Part shown: positions 39,367-49,585 of the stretch, in pieces | Layout: the number at the start of each line of letters is the position of its first letter | Numbering within the stretch: the first letter of the stretch is position 1 | DNA from: Nitrospinales bacterium | GTDB taxonomy: Bacteria; Nitrospinota; Nitrospinia; Nitrospinales; VA-1 | Assembly: GCA_965223795.1 (NCBI GenBank) | Contig: CBDCXL010000001.1 | Coordinates: forward strand, 64,001-128,000 | DNA length: 64,000 nt | Direction: 5' to 3' | Position numbers and translations under genes: made by a program | Notes under the pieces: model-generated | Seen by the model: only the letters and a program-made list of their open reading frames with translations | The model's database searches: none | What the model was told of the DNA's origin: nothing

Positions 39367-40533
39367 ATGACGACGAGCGATAAAGAGAACGAAAACGGGT
39401 CCACCAAAGACAAGAAAAAGGCAAAGGCGGACCGGCTCGAAGAGATCAAACGGGAAGAGAAAGAAGACGCCAGCTCCTACTACGCCCAGGGAAAGGAAGA
39501 AGCCCCGAACATGGAAGAAGAATTCGCGAAGCCGGTGCCCGATGTGGACAAGGCAAGGGAAGAAATGAATCTGTTGAAAGCCGTGGCCTTTCTGGGGCTG
39601 GGGCTGGCGGCGCTCGCCATCATATTCATCCTGTTTTTCATCCGCGATCTCGATCAGCGGGTGGGCGGCATGGACTCCACCGTCAACAAGCTGGAAGAAT
39701 CGGTCGGGCCGTTGAAGTCGGAAGTGGAAGCCAGCCTCTCCAAAGTGGAAGCCGATCTGCAGAAACGGATGGGACAGGTGGAAGCGTCGGTCGAATCGGT
39801 CAACACCAAGATGTCGGGGCTACAGAGCCAGTTGGGCGACTTCGAGCGCGAGATGGCCGTCAAGGAACTCAAGCGGGCGCTGGTCACGGTTCGGGAGATG
39901 TCCGCGGTTTCGGGCGGCGGCGTTCAGGGCCGCACCAAGGATGTGGTCGCCAGCATCGAGTCTTTGCTTTCCGAACTGGGCGGCAGCGACGCGAAGGCGG
40001 GAGGCGGCTCGGGTTCGCCCGCCGGTGTGGTGAAAGTGGAAGAAGCGCCCGAAGCGGCCGCTCCGGCAGCAGCGGAAGAAGCGGCTCCGGCGGAAGAGCC
40101 GGTTGAGGAAGCGATGGAAGAAGACGCCGCCGAAGAGGAAGGTGAAGAAGAAGCGGCCACTGAGGAAGAAGCGGGCGAGGAAGACGCTGAAGAGGCCGAG
40201 GAAGCTGCTGAGGATTCCGAAGAGGCCGGGGAAGAAGAAGCGGCCGAATCTGAGGACGCTGAAGAGGAAGGCGAAGACGGCGCTGAAGAATCCGCCGAGA
40301 CCGAGGAAGAAGAAGGCGGTGAAGATGAGGATGCCGCCGAAGCGGAAGACGCTGAAGAAGAAGGCGGCGAGGAAGACAAATCCGCGGATGCGGGCGAGGG
40401 TGACGCGGATGAAACCGCCGAAGCCGATATCTCCGATGAAGAGATCGCCACCGGCGGCGCTGGCAACGAGCAGACCGCCTCTGCGGACACCGAGGAACTT
40501 CCTTCTGTGGAAGAAATGCTGAGTGACCAGTAA
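39367..40533 (+). CDS. Hypothetical membrane protein with coiled coil and very acidic low-complexity tail
   Basis: ggagg RBS; one TM helix; E/D/A-rich C-terminal ~160 aa. Confidence 0.8.
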   Translation: MTTSDKENENGSTKDKKKAKADRLEEIKREEKEDASSYYAQGKEEAPNMEEEFAKPVPDVDKAREEMNLLKAVAFLGLGLAALAIIFILFFIRDLDQRVGGMDSTVNKLEESVGPLKSEVEASLSKVEADLQKRMGQVEASVESVNTKMSGLQSQLGDFEREMAVKELKRALVTVREMSAVSGGGVQGRTKDVVASIESLLSELGGSDAKAGGGSGSPAGVVKVEEAPEAAAPAAAEEAAPAEEPVEEAMEEDAAEEEGEEEAATEEEAGEEDAEEAEEAAEDSEEAGEEEAAESEDAEEEGEDGAEESAETEEEEGGEDEDAAEAEDAEEEGGEEDKSADAGEGDADETAEADISDEEIATGGAGNEQTASADTEELPSVEEMLSDQ

Positions 40534-40584
40534 TTCATGAGCGTTCAGCGATTGTCAATCCATCATTTTTTGTGAAGAGAAGGC

Positions 40585-40908
40585 ATGTCGGCTATTAAAT
40601 TCATCATCTCCATTCTGTTTCTGATCCTGGTGGCGTTCTTTTCCGTGAAGAACATGCATTCGGTTGAAATCATGTATTACAATTTCAATTTCGAGCCGCA
40701 GACCATCAATATCCCTCTCATGATCGCGGTGCTGGTTCCATTTGTCGCGGGCTTTCTGTTTGCCTGGTTTTTCGGTTTTCTGCAGACCGTCGGGCTGAAA
40801 ACCCGTGTGGCAAAGAAAAACCGCGAGATCAACACGCTGAGCGCCGAGCTGGACCGGTTGAAAACCCACACGCCGTCAGACCAGGCATTGCACGCGGTCC
40901 GCGACTGA
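40585..40908 (+). CDS. LapA (DUF1049) family membrane protein
   Basis: FFSVKN..V.I, IPL..GFL, short coiled tail. Confidence 0.75.
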   Translation: MSAIKFIISILFLILVAFFSVKNMHSVEIMYYNFNFEPQTINIPLMIAVLVPFVAGFLFAWFFGFLQTVGLKTRVAKKNREINTLSAELDRLKTHTPSDQALHAVRD

Positions 40909-41002
40909 TCGTTCTGCTTTAAAGCAAACGCGAGGGGAGGAGCCCTGTTTTTCCTCCCTTTCCTTTTTCGTTGATTTTTAATTCTTTTGTCAGGCCCTGG
41001 TG

Positions 41003-42034
41003 TCAGGCGGGTTGCTGCTGGGTGATGCAGTGGATGCCGCCGAGCCCGACGACCAGGTTCGTGCAATCGATGGGGACCACCTCCCTTCCGGGAAAGCATT
41101 CGGCCAGGACGGAGTGGGCTTTGCGGTCGTTGGCGTGGCCGTACACGGGCAAGAGCACCGCGGCGTTGCCGATGTAGAAATTGGCGTAGCTTGCGGGCAG
41201 GCGGCCCCCCGATGATTCCACCCGTCCCGGCATGGGCAGCGCGCGCAGGGTGAACGGCCTGCCGTCCGGTCCGCTCGCCTGTTCGAGCAGGCGGCGGTTT
41301 TCTTCCAAACCGGCGTGATTGGCGTCGTCCGCAGCGGATTCGTGCGCGTACAGGATGGTGTCCTCGCTGATGAAACGGGCGAGGTTGTCGATGTGGCCGT
41401 CGGTGTCGTCGCCCTCCAGCGTGCCTTCGAGCCAGAGAACCCGTTCCACCCCCAGATAGTCCTTTAAATATTCTTCCATCACGTCCCGGCTGAGGCCGCC
41501 GTTGCGGTTTTCGTTGAGCAGGCAGGAAGCCGTCGTGAGGCAGGTGCCGCGGCCGTTGGTCTCGATGGCGCCGCCTTCCAGCACGATGCCGGGCTCGAAC
41601 GCGGGACATCCGACGTGCCGCACGATGGCGCCGCCGGCCGCATCGTCCCACTGCCAGTCGTATTTGTTCCCCCAGGAATCGAATCCCCAGACATTGGCCG
41701 CGAGCGCGCCGTCTTTACGCACGAGAAAATTGGGGCCGTAGTCGCGGATCCAGGCGTCGTCGGTGCGGATGACGTGCAGGTTGCACTCTGTAATGCCGCG
41801 TTTCTCAAGCAGCGCGGCGGCGCGCTCCTGCGTGGCGGCATCGTTGACCAGGATGTTTACGGTTTCGCCGGGAGCGAGGGCGGCGGCGATGTCGAGACAG
41901 GTCCGCTCGACGGCGGCGAGGGTGCCCGCGCCCGGCCAGGTTTCCGGGTTGTGCGGCCAGGCGAGCCAGGTGGCGGCATGCGGTTCCCATTCGGCGGGCA
42001 TGCGGTAGCCCGCCGCGCGCGGCGTCTCAGTCAT
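41003..42034 (-). CDS. aguA: Agmatine deiminase family protein
   Basis: MPAEWEPH, DDAWIRDYGP, LEGGAI, TDGHID, GGIHCITQQQP. Confidence 0.93.
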   Translation of the reverse strand: MTETPRAAGYRMPAEWEPHAATWLAWPHNPETWPGAGTLAAVERTCLDIAAALAPGETVNILVNDAATQERAAALLEKRGITECNLHVIRTDDAWIRDYGPNFLVRKDGALAANVWGFDSWGNKYDWQWDDAAGGAIVRHVGCPAFEPGIVLEGGAIETNGRGTCLTTASCLLNENRNGGLSRDVMEEYLKDYLGVERVLWLEGTLEGDDTDGHIDNLARFISEDTILYAHESAADDANHAGLEENRRLLEQASGPDGRPFTLRALPMPGRVESSGGRLPASYANFYIGNAAVLLPVYGHANDRKAHSVLAECFPGREVVPIDCTNLVVGLGGIHCITQQQPA

Positions 42035-42902
42035 TCGGGCCGCGGTAGAGGCGTGAAAGGTCCTGGTAGGCGTCGATCCGGCGGTCACGCAGAAACGGCC
42101 AGCTCTGGCGGGTGGACTCGATCTGACTCAGGTCGCATTGGGCGATGAGGATCTCCGGGTCGTCTTCGCCCGCCTGGGCGATGATTTCACCAAAGGGATC
42201 GCACACGAATGAGCGGCCCCAGAAGCGGATGGCATCCTCTTTACCGACGCGGTTGGCGGCGGCGAGGAACACGCCGTTGGCGATGGCGTGGCCGCGCTGT
42301 ACGGTTTCCCAGGCGGAAGCCTGCCGGTCCTTCTCGGCGGCGTCGAATTCCTGATAACCGATGGCGGTCGGGAAGAACAGGATCTGCGCGCCCGCGAGCG
42401 CGGTGAGGCGCGCCGCCTCGGGGAACCACTGGTCCCAGCAGATGAGCACGCCGATCCTGCCGTAACGCGTATTGAAACTTTGAAAGCCGGTGTCGCCGGG
42501 AGTGAAATAGAATTTCTCGTAAAAGCCCGGATCGTCGGGGATGTGCATCTTGCGGTAATGGCCCGCCAGCGAGCCGTCGGCGTCGAGGACCACGGCGCTG
42601 TTGTGGTAGATGCCCTCGGCGCGCTTTTCGAACAGTGGCGCGACGATGACGATCTGCCTCTCCGCCGCCAGTTTGCTCAGCGCCTCGGTGCTGGGGCCGG
42701 GAATCGTCTCGGCCAGGGAAAAATGCCCGGCGTCCTCGGCCTGGCAGAAATAGCGCGAGCGGAACAACTCCTGTAGGCACACGATCTGCGCGCCGCGGTC
42801 CGCCGCATCCAGGATGGCGCAGACGGCCAGTTCCAGATTTTCTTTTTGATCCATCGAGCAGGCCGACTGCACCAGCCCGATTGTCACGATTGCGTTTGCC
42901 AT
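42027..42902 (-). CDS. aguB: N-carbamoylputrescine amidase (carbon-nitrogen hydrolase)
   Basis: LQELF, YRKMHIPDDP, ICWDQWFPE, FLRDRR; overlaps aguA. Confidence 0.9.
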   Translation of the reverse strand: MANAIVTIGLVQSACSMDQKENLELAVCAILDAADRGAQIVCLQELFRSRYFCQAEDAGHFSLAETIPGPSTEALSKLAAERQIVIVAPLFEKRAEGIYHNSAVVLDADGSLAGHYRKMHIPDDPGFYEKFYFTPGDTGFQSFNTRYGRIGVLICWDQWFPEAARLTALAGAQILFFPTAIGYQEFDAAEKDRQASAWETVQRGHAIANGVFLAAANRVGKEDAIRFWGRSFVCDPFGEIIAQAGEDDPEILIAQCDLSQIESTRQSWPFLRDRRIDAYQDLSRLYRGPND

Positions 42903-42941
42903 ACTGTTGGACGCGCTCCCTTCGGGAATGAAAGAATGGAA

Positions 42942-42972
42942 AAAGTATAGGGGATGTGTTGGCAATGCACAA
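42942..42972 (-). promoter_or_regulatory. 31-bp promoter/operator element, copy 1 (upstream of aguB)
   Basis: Minus strand ttgtgc-17 nt-tatact; 29/31 identical to 44494-44524. Confidence 0.65.
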
Positions 42973-43041
42973 CGGGGAAAGCGGCGCGGCGGGGCCGCGC
43001 GGCAATGGGGATGCTTTTCGAATCATGAACCCGAATTCGAG

Positions 43042-44355
43042 TCAGGTTTCCCGAAACCGCTCAAATGCCTTTTCGTTTACGGAAATTCCAAGATCCTCCA
43101 GTCCCTTTTCCGCTTTCGGGGAAAACCTGCCCGTGATCCAGAGTTCCGCTTTCCTCTCGGGGGCCACCCGATTGTTTGCCTGTATGAAATCCCGCGCTGA
43201 ATCCGCTACCGGGCGGGTCCACGATATGTAATCCGCCAGCAACGCCATGACCACCCGGTTGTTCCCGGTGAGGGCAAGTGGGAGGCCGCGCGCCGGACCG
43301 ATCAGGATTTCCTTTATCGGGGCCACCTTTTCGTGGTATTCCGCCAGCATTTCCGCCATGCGCTGAAACAGGAACGCATCCTCGAAGGATTCGGCGGTGT
43401 TTGCCCGGTGAATGAATTTTTCAATGTTCTTTGCGCCTGCGAGTGCGGCCAGCGCCGCCACCAGAATGGTTTCGTGTCGGGGAGAATAATGGGGGTGCTT
43501 AAGAAATGTGTCGATGATGGGTTCCCGCACCTGCATGCGTTCCAGTTTCTCCCGGTTTATGTCCCGCAGGTCTTCCGGTGCGTTGTCACGCAGGATGTGC
43601 GTCATCCGGTCGGCGGTCTTCGTCATCTTCACGACCGGAAAGGGAGTCATCGCCAGGCCCACGGCGAACCCGCCGCTGAAGGAAGCCCAGGAAACGCTGT
43701 TCAGTTCTTTCTGAAGCGTGAGGTTGGTGGAATAAACATCGACGCCGAGCTTATGGGCGATCTTGCGCTTGGCCGCGGAAAAGCCGATCAGTTCCTGGGC
43801 CACGCTGTCTTCCACTTCATTGCGTTCGCCCGAGACCATGGCGCCCACCCGGTTGACATAGCGCCACAATCCCCGGGGCACGCCGGATATCGTGTCAACG
43901 GGCCGGGTGATGAGGTTTTTCGCGAACGAAAGAGGAGCCGTCGCAGCTTTTTTGGCGGCATTCCCGAAAGCGGACGTTTTTTTCATTTTGTTCAATTCTT
44001 TCAATGCCCGGACTTCCTGAACCCGTTTGCGCAGCAGGCCGGTCCCCTGGACATCGGCGATGAAATAATCCGATACCAGGCGGTAGGAATTGGTGAACCC
44101 GAATGTGTCCACCTCGTCCTCGACGCGGTGATGGGGTCCCTGGCGCAGATCAGCGGGCAGGATGTTGCTGGCGGGCAGTACCGGGGGCGATTCATAGCCG
44201 GTCGCATCATCTCCCTGAGGGCGGGAAGCAACCGTGAACACGGAAGGATCCGCCTGGGATTGGGCAGGCGGAGCCGTCGTGCAGGCGGAGGTGTTCAGAA
44301 AAATGATTCCAGCCGTAAATACAATCCATATTGTGGTGATTGACTTTGAGAACAT
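43042..44355 (-). CDS. Hypothetical lipoprotein
   Basis: aggagg RBS; signal peptide with TSAC lipobox-like site; long open frame. Confidence 0.75.
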   Translation of the reverse strand: MFSKSITTIWIVFTAGIIFLNTSACTTAPPAQSQADPSVFTVASRPQGDDATGYESPPVLPASNILPADLRQGPHHRVEDEVDTFGFTNSYRLVSDYFIADVQGTGLLRKRVQEVRALKELNKMKKTSAFGNAAKKAATAPLSFAKNLITRPVDTISGVPRGLWRYVNRVGAMVSGERNEVEDSVAQELIGFSAAKRKIAHKLGVDVYSTNLTLQKELNSVSWASFSGGFAVGLAMTPFPVVKMTKTADRMTHILRDNAPEDLRDINREKLERMQVREPIIDTFLKHPHYSPRHETILVAALAALAGAKNIEKFIHRANTAESFEDAFLFQRMAEMLAEYHEKVAPIKEILIGPARGLPLALTGNNRVVMALLADYISWTRPVADSARDFIQANNRVAPERKAELWITGRFSPKAEKGLEDLGISVNEKAFERFRET

Positions 44356-44493
44356 TTCATCCTCCTTTGCAGGCAAAATTTCAGAGTCATTCCCGGTTCA
44401 CCCATGCCGCACCGTTTCAGGAACCGGGTTCCGTATTGACTGCCGTTTGCCTGGACGGAAGTGCGATTTTCCGTTGATAATGAATGAATGCCG

Positions 44494-44524
44494 AAAGTAT
44501 AGGGAATGTGTTTGCAATGCACAA
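44494..44524 (-). promoter_or_regulatory. 31-bp promoter/operator element, copy 2
   Basis: aaagtatagggaatgtgtttgcaatgcacaa, direct repeat of 42942-42972. Confidence 0.65.
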
Positions 44525-44687
44525 TGGAGAACGAGTGGCTCATGCAATCCAAACGCATTGTGTCGCTGCCGCTTTTGTGCTAGAAATAAAAGGTTTTAAT
44601 GGATGCCCGGCTGACGGGTGCGCCGCGCTGGCGCCGTCGGCGGGGCCGTTTTGCGTGTTTTCACTTTTTTCGGGTTCAATTCAAACC

Positions 44688-45059
44688 GTGTGGGTCAAGC
44701 AGGCATTCCGGGATTATTACAAGCCGAAACTGAAGCGGGAGCTGAAACGCGACCCGACGCAGGAGGAAATGGACCGGCGGTTCGAGGAGATCTACAGCCG
44801 GGTCAACTGCACCCTGCTGGCGGGCGTGAACGAGGGCGTCGGCATTTATTTCTACGAGATCGCGAAGTTCACGCTCGATGAGTTCAACACCTTCCGCGAC
44901 CGGCCGGAGGAATACCTGTTCGAACGGTTCGGCGGCGGCAACTACAAATTGAATTTTTACGAAGGCCCTTCCTTTATCGTGTGCGTGAATTTCAAACCGG
45001 AAGGGGAGCCGAAGTGGCACCACCTGCTCCCGGAAAAGGTGCGCCAGACCATGAAGTGA
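44688..45059 (+). CDS. Hypothetical protein
   Basis: Host-like codon usage from GTG 44688; start uncertain. Confidence 0.65.
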   Translation: MWVKQAFRDYYKPKLKRELKRDPTQEEMDRRFEEIYSRVNCTLLAGVNEGVGIYFYEIAKFTLDEFNTFRDRPEEYLFERFGGGNYKLNFYEGPSFIVCVNFKPEGEPKWHHLLPEKVRQTMK

Positions 45060-45135
45060 CCGGCCGCTTCCCCGCGAGGCCGGAATCCGCGGCCTTGTGC
45101 GCGTATTCACCCCGCAACCGTCATTTGCACCGATC

Positions 45136-48100
45136 ATGAATCAGGCTTTGAATCTCACCGGCACGGAAGCCAGCACCTTCGCGGGTGGCGTCGACCGGCT
45201 GTGCGACTGGCTCAAGAACCCGCCCGCCGGGGAGAACTGGCTGCTCAAGGCGGAGGGGCTCTCCGGCGCGGCGCGGGCGCTGTTCCTCGCGCGCCTGCAC
45301 AAGAAAAGCAAAAAACCCGTCCTGGTGCTCACGGCGGACCCAAACAGCGGTGAAACGCTGCTGGGCGACCTCAAGTATTTTTTCCGCTACGAAAAGCTCA
45401 AGGGCGCGCCGCTGTTTTTCCCGACCTGGGAAATCCTGCCCTACGAACCCATCTCACCGCTCAATGAAGTTTCCGGAGAACGGCTGGCGATCCTGCACAA
45501 GCTGATGGAAGGCGCGTGCCCGTTTCTGGTGGTGCCCGTGGAAGCGGCGATGCAGAGCGTGATGCCGCGGGCGGTGCTAAACCGGCACGTGTTTCCGGTG
45601 AAGCGCAAGGACACGCTGGATAGGGAGCTGCTGGAAACGGTGCTGGTGGACAACGGCTACACGCGCGCGCGCCTGGTGGAGGATAGGGGCGAGTTTTCCG
45701 CGCGCGGCGACATCGTCGATTTTTTCCAGCCCTCCGCCGCCAACCCGACGCGCATCGAGTTTTTCGGCGACGAGGTGGAATCGCTGCGCCAGTTCGACAT
45801 CAACTCGCAGGTGTCGGTCGAACCGCTCGAGTCGGTGGAGATCCTGCCGGTGCGCGAGGTCTGCCTGACGCCGGATGACAGAGCGCGGGCGGTCGAGCGC
45901 CTGCTCGAACGCGGGCGCGAACAGGAGGTGGAACCCGGCCGGCTCAAGGAACTCACGGACCGGATCGAAAACCTGGGCGCGTTCGCGGGCATCGAGTCGC
46001 TGGCGCCGTTTTTCTACGACGCCAAGGAAACGCTGTTCGACTATCTTTCGGACGACTTTCTGATGGTCATCGACGAGGAGGAGCAGGTCACGGCGAAATG
46101 CGAGCAGTACCAGGAACTCATCGGCGCTGAATACGAAAACACGCTGGAGCGCGGCGACGTCGCCGCCCGGCCGGAGGCGTTTTTCCTCACTCCGGTGGAG
46201 ATGCAGGAGCGGCTTTCCAGGTTTCACGCCGTCGAGCTCAACGCGCTCAAGCTGTCGGGGCCGGAAGAGGAGGGCGTGGTGCCGTTTCAGGTGAAGTCGA
46301 TCCCGCAGCTGCGCGGCCAGTTCGAACGCTTCGCCGAGCAGGCGCTCAAATGGGACGAAGCGGGCATCCAGCCGGTGATCGTCGCGCCGACGCGCGGGCA
46401 GGTGCGGCGGATGCACCAGCTGCTGGAAGAATACGGCCTCAAGATGGACGTCGACCTGGGCTACATCAGCTCGGGCTTTCAGATCGACGATATGAACCGC
46501 ACCTTCGTCGCGGAAAGCGAGATCTTCGGCCGCACGCACAAACACCGCTACCGCCGCAAACCCAAATCGCAGAGTTTCCAGCGCGGCTTCAAGGACCTCA
46601 AGCCGGGCGACTACCTGGTGCACATCGAGTACGGCATCGGCCGCTACCTCGGCACGAAGGAGCTGAAAACCGGCGTCGGCGGCGGGGAGTTTCTCGAGAT
46701 CCAGTACGCCGACGATGAGAAGCTGTACATCCCGATGGACGGGCTGGGCTACATCCAGCGCTTCGTGGGAGCGGGGGACGCGCCGCCGCCGCTCAGCAAG
46801 ATGGGCAGCGTCGCCTGGAAGAAGCAGAAGAACAAGGCCAAGGAGTCGATCCGCGAAATGGCGGAGGACCTGCTCAAGCTGTACGCCAAGCGCGCCATCA
46901 GCCAGCGCACGGCCTATCCGGGCAACCCGGTGGCGGGGCAGGAGTTCGCCGATTCGTTCGAGTACGAGGAGACCGACGACCAGCTCAAGGCCATCGAGGA
47001 GCTGGAGGAGGACCTGGAAAAGGACAAGCCGATGGACCGGCTGATCTGCGGCGACGTCGGCTACGGCAAGACGGAGGTCGCGATGCGGGCGGCGTTCAAG
47101 GTAGTGTACGAGAAAAAGCAGGTCGCCGTGCTGGTGCCCACCACCATCCTGGCGCAGCAGCATCTCAACACGTTTCAGGAACGCTTCCGCAACTACCCGG
47201 TGGTCATCGAGCAGGTGAGCCGCTTCAAGAGCCCGAAAGAGCAGAAGGAAACGCTGAAGAAGCTGGAAAAAGGGCAGGTGGACATCGTCATCGGCACGCA
47301 CCGGCTGCTGTCGAAGGACGTGAAGTTCGCCGATCTCGGTCTCATCATCATCGACGAGGAACAGCGTTTCGGCGTCAAGCATAAGGAGAAGCTGAAAACG
47401 CTGCGCTCCTCGGTGGACATCCTGACGCTCACGGCGACGCCGATCCCCAGGACGCTGCATTTTTCCCTCATGGGCGTGCGCGATCTCAGCGTGATCGAAA
47501 CGCCGCCCATCGACCGGCTGGCGGTCAAGACGTTCGTGCGCAAGTTCGACGAAAAGGTGGTCCGCGAAGCGATCCTGCGCGAGCTGGACCGCGGCGGGCA
47601 GATATTTTTCGTGCACAATAAAGTCAAGAGCATCTATTCCGTTAAAGAACTGATTCTTTCAATCGTCCCCGAAGTGCGGATCGGCATCGCGCACGGACAG
47701 CTTCCGGAAAAGCAGCTCGAAGACGTGATGAAAAAATTCATGGATCATGAGATCGACCTGCTTTTAGCCACTTCCATCATCGAGTCCGGCCTGGACATCC
47801 CCGCCGCCAACACCATCGTCATCAACCGCGCCGACGCGTTCGGGCTGGCCCAGCTTTATCAATTGCGCGGCCGGGTCGGGCGCTACAAGCACCAGGCCTA
47901 CGCGTATCTTTTGATCCCCGGCATGATGGCGATCAGCACCGAGGCGCGCAAGCGCATCGCCGCGATCGAGGAAATGAGCGAGCTGGGCTCCGGGTTCCAG
48001 CTGGCGGCGCGGGACATGGAGATCCGCGGCATCGGCAACATGCTGGGGCACAAGCAGTCCGGACACATCGCCAGCATCGGATTCGATCTGTATTCCAAGC

Positions 48101-48594
48101 TGATCGAGGAAACGGTCAAGGAAATCAAGGGGGAAAAGAGCGACGCGCCGATCGAGACGGAAATCGACCTGATGATCCGCGGCTTTCTGCCCAAGGATTA
48201 CATCGAGGACCTCAACCAGCGTCTGGAGGTCTACCGGCGGCTGCAGACGATCCACGATCTGCGCGAATGCGACGCCCTGAAGGAGGAATTGTCCGACCGC
48301 TACGGCCCGCTGCCGGAACCGGCGGAAAAACTGCTGGCGCTGTTGAATATCCGGGTGTTGTGTCAGAAACTGCACATCTCCAGGGTGGAAGTCAAAGGCG
48401 GCGAGGCGATTTTCACCATCGAGCCGGGGACGCCCATCGCACCGGCGGATCTGGCCGGTCTGGTGGACGGCAGGCTGGGGTTGGTGTCGGAATTTCAAAT
48501 GAAACTGAAACTGGATCGTCAAGGCTGGAGGAAAGACATTGAAACCGTCAAACACTACCTGTCGGCACTCAACGAGGTGCGCGCGAAAGCCTGA
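45136..48594 (+). CDS. mfd: Transcription-repair coupling factor
   Basis: RGDIVD, GIGRYLG, CGDVGYGKTE, DEEQRFG, TATPIPR, QLRGRVGR, TRCF C-terminus. Confidence 0.97.
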   Translation: MNQALNLTGTEASTFAGGVDRLCDWLKNPPAGENWLLKAEGLSGAARALFLARLHKKSKKPVLVLTADPNSGETLLGDLKYFFRYEKLKGAPLFFPTWEILPYEPISPLNEVSGERLAILHKLMEGACPFLVVPVEAAMQSVMPRAVLNRHVFPVKRKDTLDRELLETVLVDNGYTRARLVEDRGEFSARGDIVDFFQPSAANPTRIEFFGDEVESLRQFDINSQVSVEPLESVEILPVREVCLTPDDRARAVERLLERGREQEVEPGRLKELTDRIENLGAFAGIESLAPFFYDAKETLFDYLSDDFLMVIDEEEQVTAKCEQYQELIGAEYENTLERGDVAARPEAFFLTPVEMQERLSRFHAVELNALKLSGPEEEGVVPFQVKSIPQLRGQFERFAEQALKWDEAGIQPVIVAPTRGQVRRMHQLLEEYGLKMDVDLGYISSGFQIDDMNRTFVAESEIFGRTHKHRYRRKPKSQSFQRGFKDLKPGDYLVHIEYGIGRYLGTKELKTGVGGGEFLEIQYADDEKLYIPMDGLGYIQRFVGAGDAPPPLSKMGSVAWKKQKNKAKESIREMAEDLLKLYAKRAISQRTAYPGNPVAGQEFADSFEYEETDDQLKAIEELEEDLEKDKPMDRLICGDVGYGKTEVAMRAAFKVVYEKKQVAVLVPTTILAQQHLNTFQERFRNYPVVIEQVSRFKSPKEQKETLKKLEKGQVDIVIGTHRLLSKDVKFADLGLIIIDEEQRFGVKHKEKLKTLRSSVDILTLTATPIPRTLHFSLMGVRDLSVIETPPIDRLAVKTFVRKFDEKVVREAILRELDRGGQIFFVHNKVKSIYSVKELILSIVPEVRIGIAHGQLPEKQLEDVMKKFMDHEIDLLLATSIIESGLDIPAANTIVINRADAFGLAQLYQLRGRVGRYKHQAYAYLLIPGMMAISTEARKRIAAIEEMSELGSGFQLAARDMEIRGIGNMLGHKQSGHIASIGFDLYSKLIEETVKEIKGEKSDAPIETEIDLMIRGFLPKDYIEDLNQRLEVYRRLQTIHDLRECDALKEELSDRYGPLPEPAEKLLALLNIRVLCQKLHISRVEVKGGEAIFTIEPGTPIAPADLAGLVDGRLGLVSEFQMKLKLDRQGWRKDIETVKHYLSALNEVRAKA

Positions 48595-49585
48595 TTTGAA
48601 AGGCTCAAGCCGTTTTTCACAGGCTCCGGCATGGGTTATACTGGGGTTGTGGGCGCTGCTCCTTGCCGGGCCTTTCGGCTGCACCGGAGGCGGTTCGCCC
48701 GACGGGGTGAAGGACGATGAAGTGATCGCCGTCATCAACGATCAGGAAGTGACGGTGGGAAACGTCCGCCAGGAGATGAAAACGCTGGAAAAACGCTACC
48801 GGGTGGACCACCGGGACGACCTGCGCGACCACGAGTTCCTGCTGCTCAAGACCAAGGCGGTCAATGAGCTGGTGCAGAACGCCCTGTTCCGGCAGGCGGC
48901 GGACGAAGCCGGCGTCTTCGTGTCCGGCGACGAGTTCGAGGAGGCGGTGCAGAAGGCGCAGGACGGCTACCAGCAGGACACCTTCGAGAACTTTCTCGAA
49001 ATCGAGGACATTTCCCGGGAAAACTGGGAGAACCGGTTGAAAAACAACCTGTTGATAAAAAAATTGATTGATCGTATGGTCAATAGTAAAGTATCGGTCA
49101 GCGACGAAGAGATTAAGAAATACTTTGAGGAAAACAAGAAAGAGTTTCACAAAGGCAAACAGATCCGCGCGCTTCACATCATGGTGGAAACCGAGGAAGA
49201 GGCGCTGCGTATTCAGAAGAAGCTGAAATCAAAGGGGGCGGACTTTTCCGAACTGGCCCGCACGCATTCCCTGGCGCCGGAAGCGGTGAGCGGCGGCGAT
49301 CTCGGGTATTTTGAGGAAGGCCACATGCCCGAGGAACTGGAAGACATCTTCAAGCTGAAGGTGAACGAAATCAGCAACGTCATCCGCACCCCGTATGGCA
49401 GCCATATTTTCAAGGTGGTGGATAAAAAAGAAGATCAGCAGATGGGATTCGAGGAGTCGAGCAAGATCATTCATAAAAAACTGATCGCCAAGCGGCGCGA
49501 GAAGGCTTTCCACGACTGGTTCAAAAAACTGAAAGAAAAGGCGAACATTGAGATCAAGCATGAAATCCTGGCCAAAATCAGCTGA
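48539..49585 (+). CDS. Parvulin-type peptidyl-prolyl isomerase lipoprotein (PrsA/SurA-like)
   Basis: HIMV, FSELARTHS, GGDLG, TPYGSHIFKV; start uncertain. Confidence 0.85.
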   Translation: MKPSNTTCRHSTRCARKPDLKGSSRFSQAPAWVILGLWALLLAGPFGCTGGGSPDGVKDDEVIAVINDQEVTVGNVRQEMKTLEKRYRVDHRDDLRDHEFLLLKTKAVNELVQNALFRQAADEAGVFVSGDEFEEAVQKAQDGYQQDTFENFLEIEDISRENWENRLKNNLLIKKLIDRMVNSKVSVSDEEIKKYFEENKKEFHKGKQIRALHIMVETEEEALRIQKKLKSKGADFSELARTHSLAPEAVSGGDLGYFEEGHMPEELEDIFKLKVNEISNVIRTPYGSHIFKVVDKKEDQQMGFEESSKIIHKKLIAKRREKAFHDWFKKLKEKANIEIKHEILAKIS

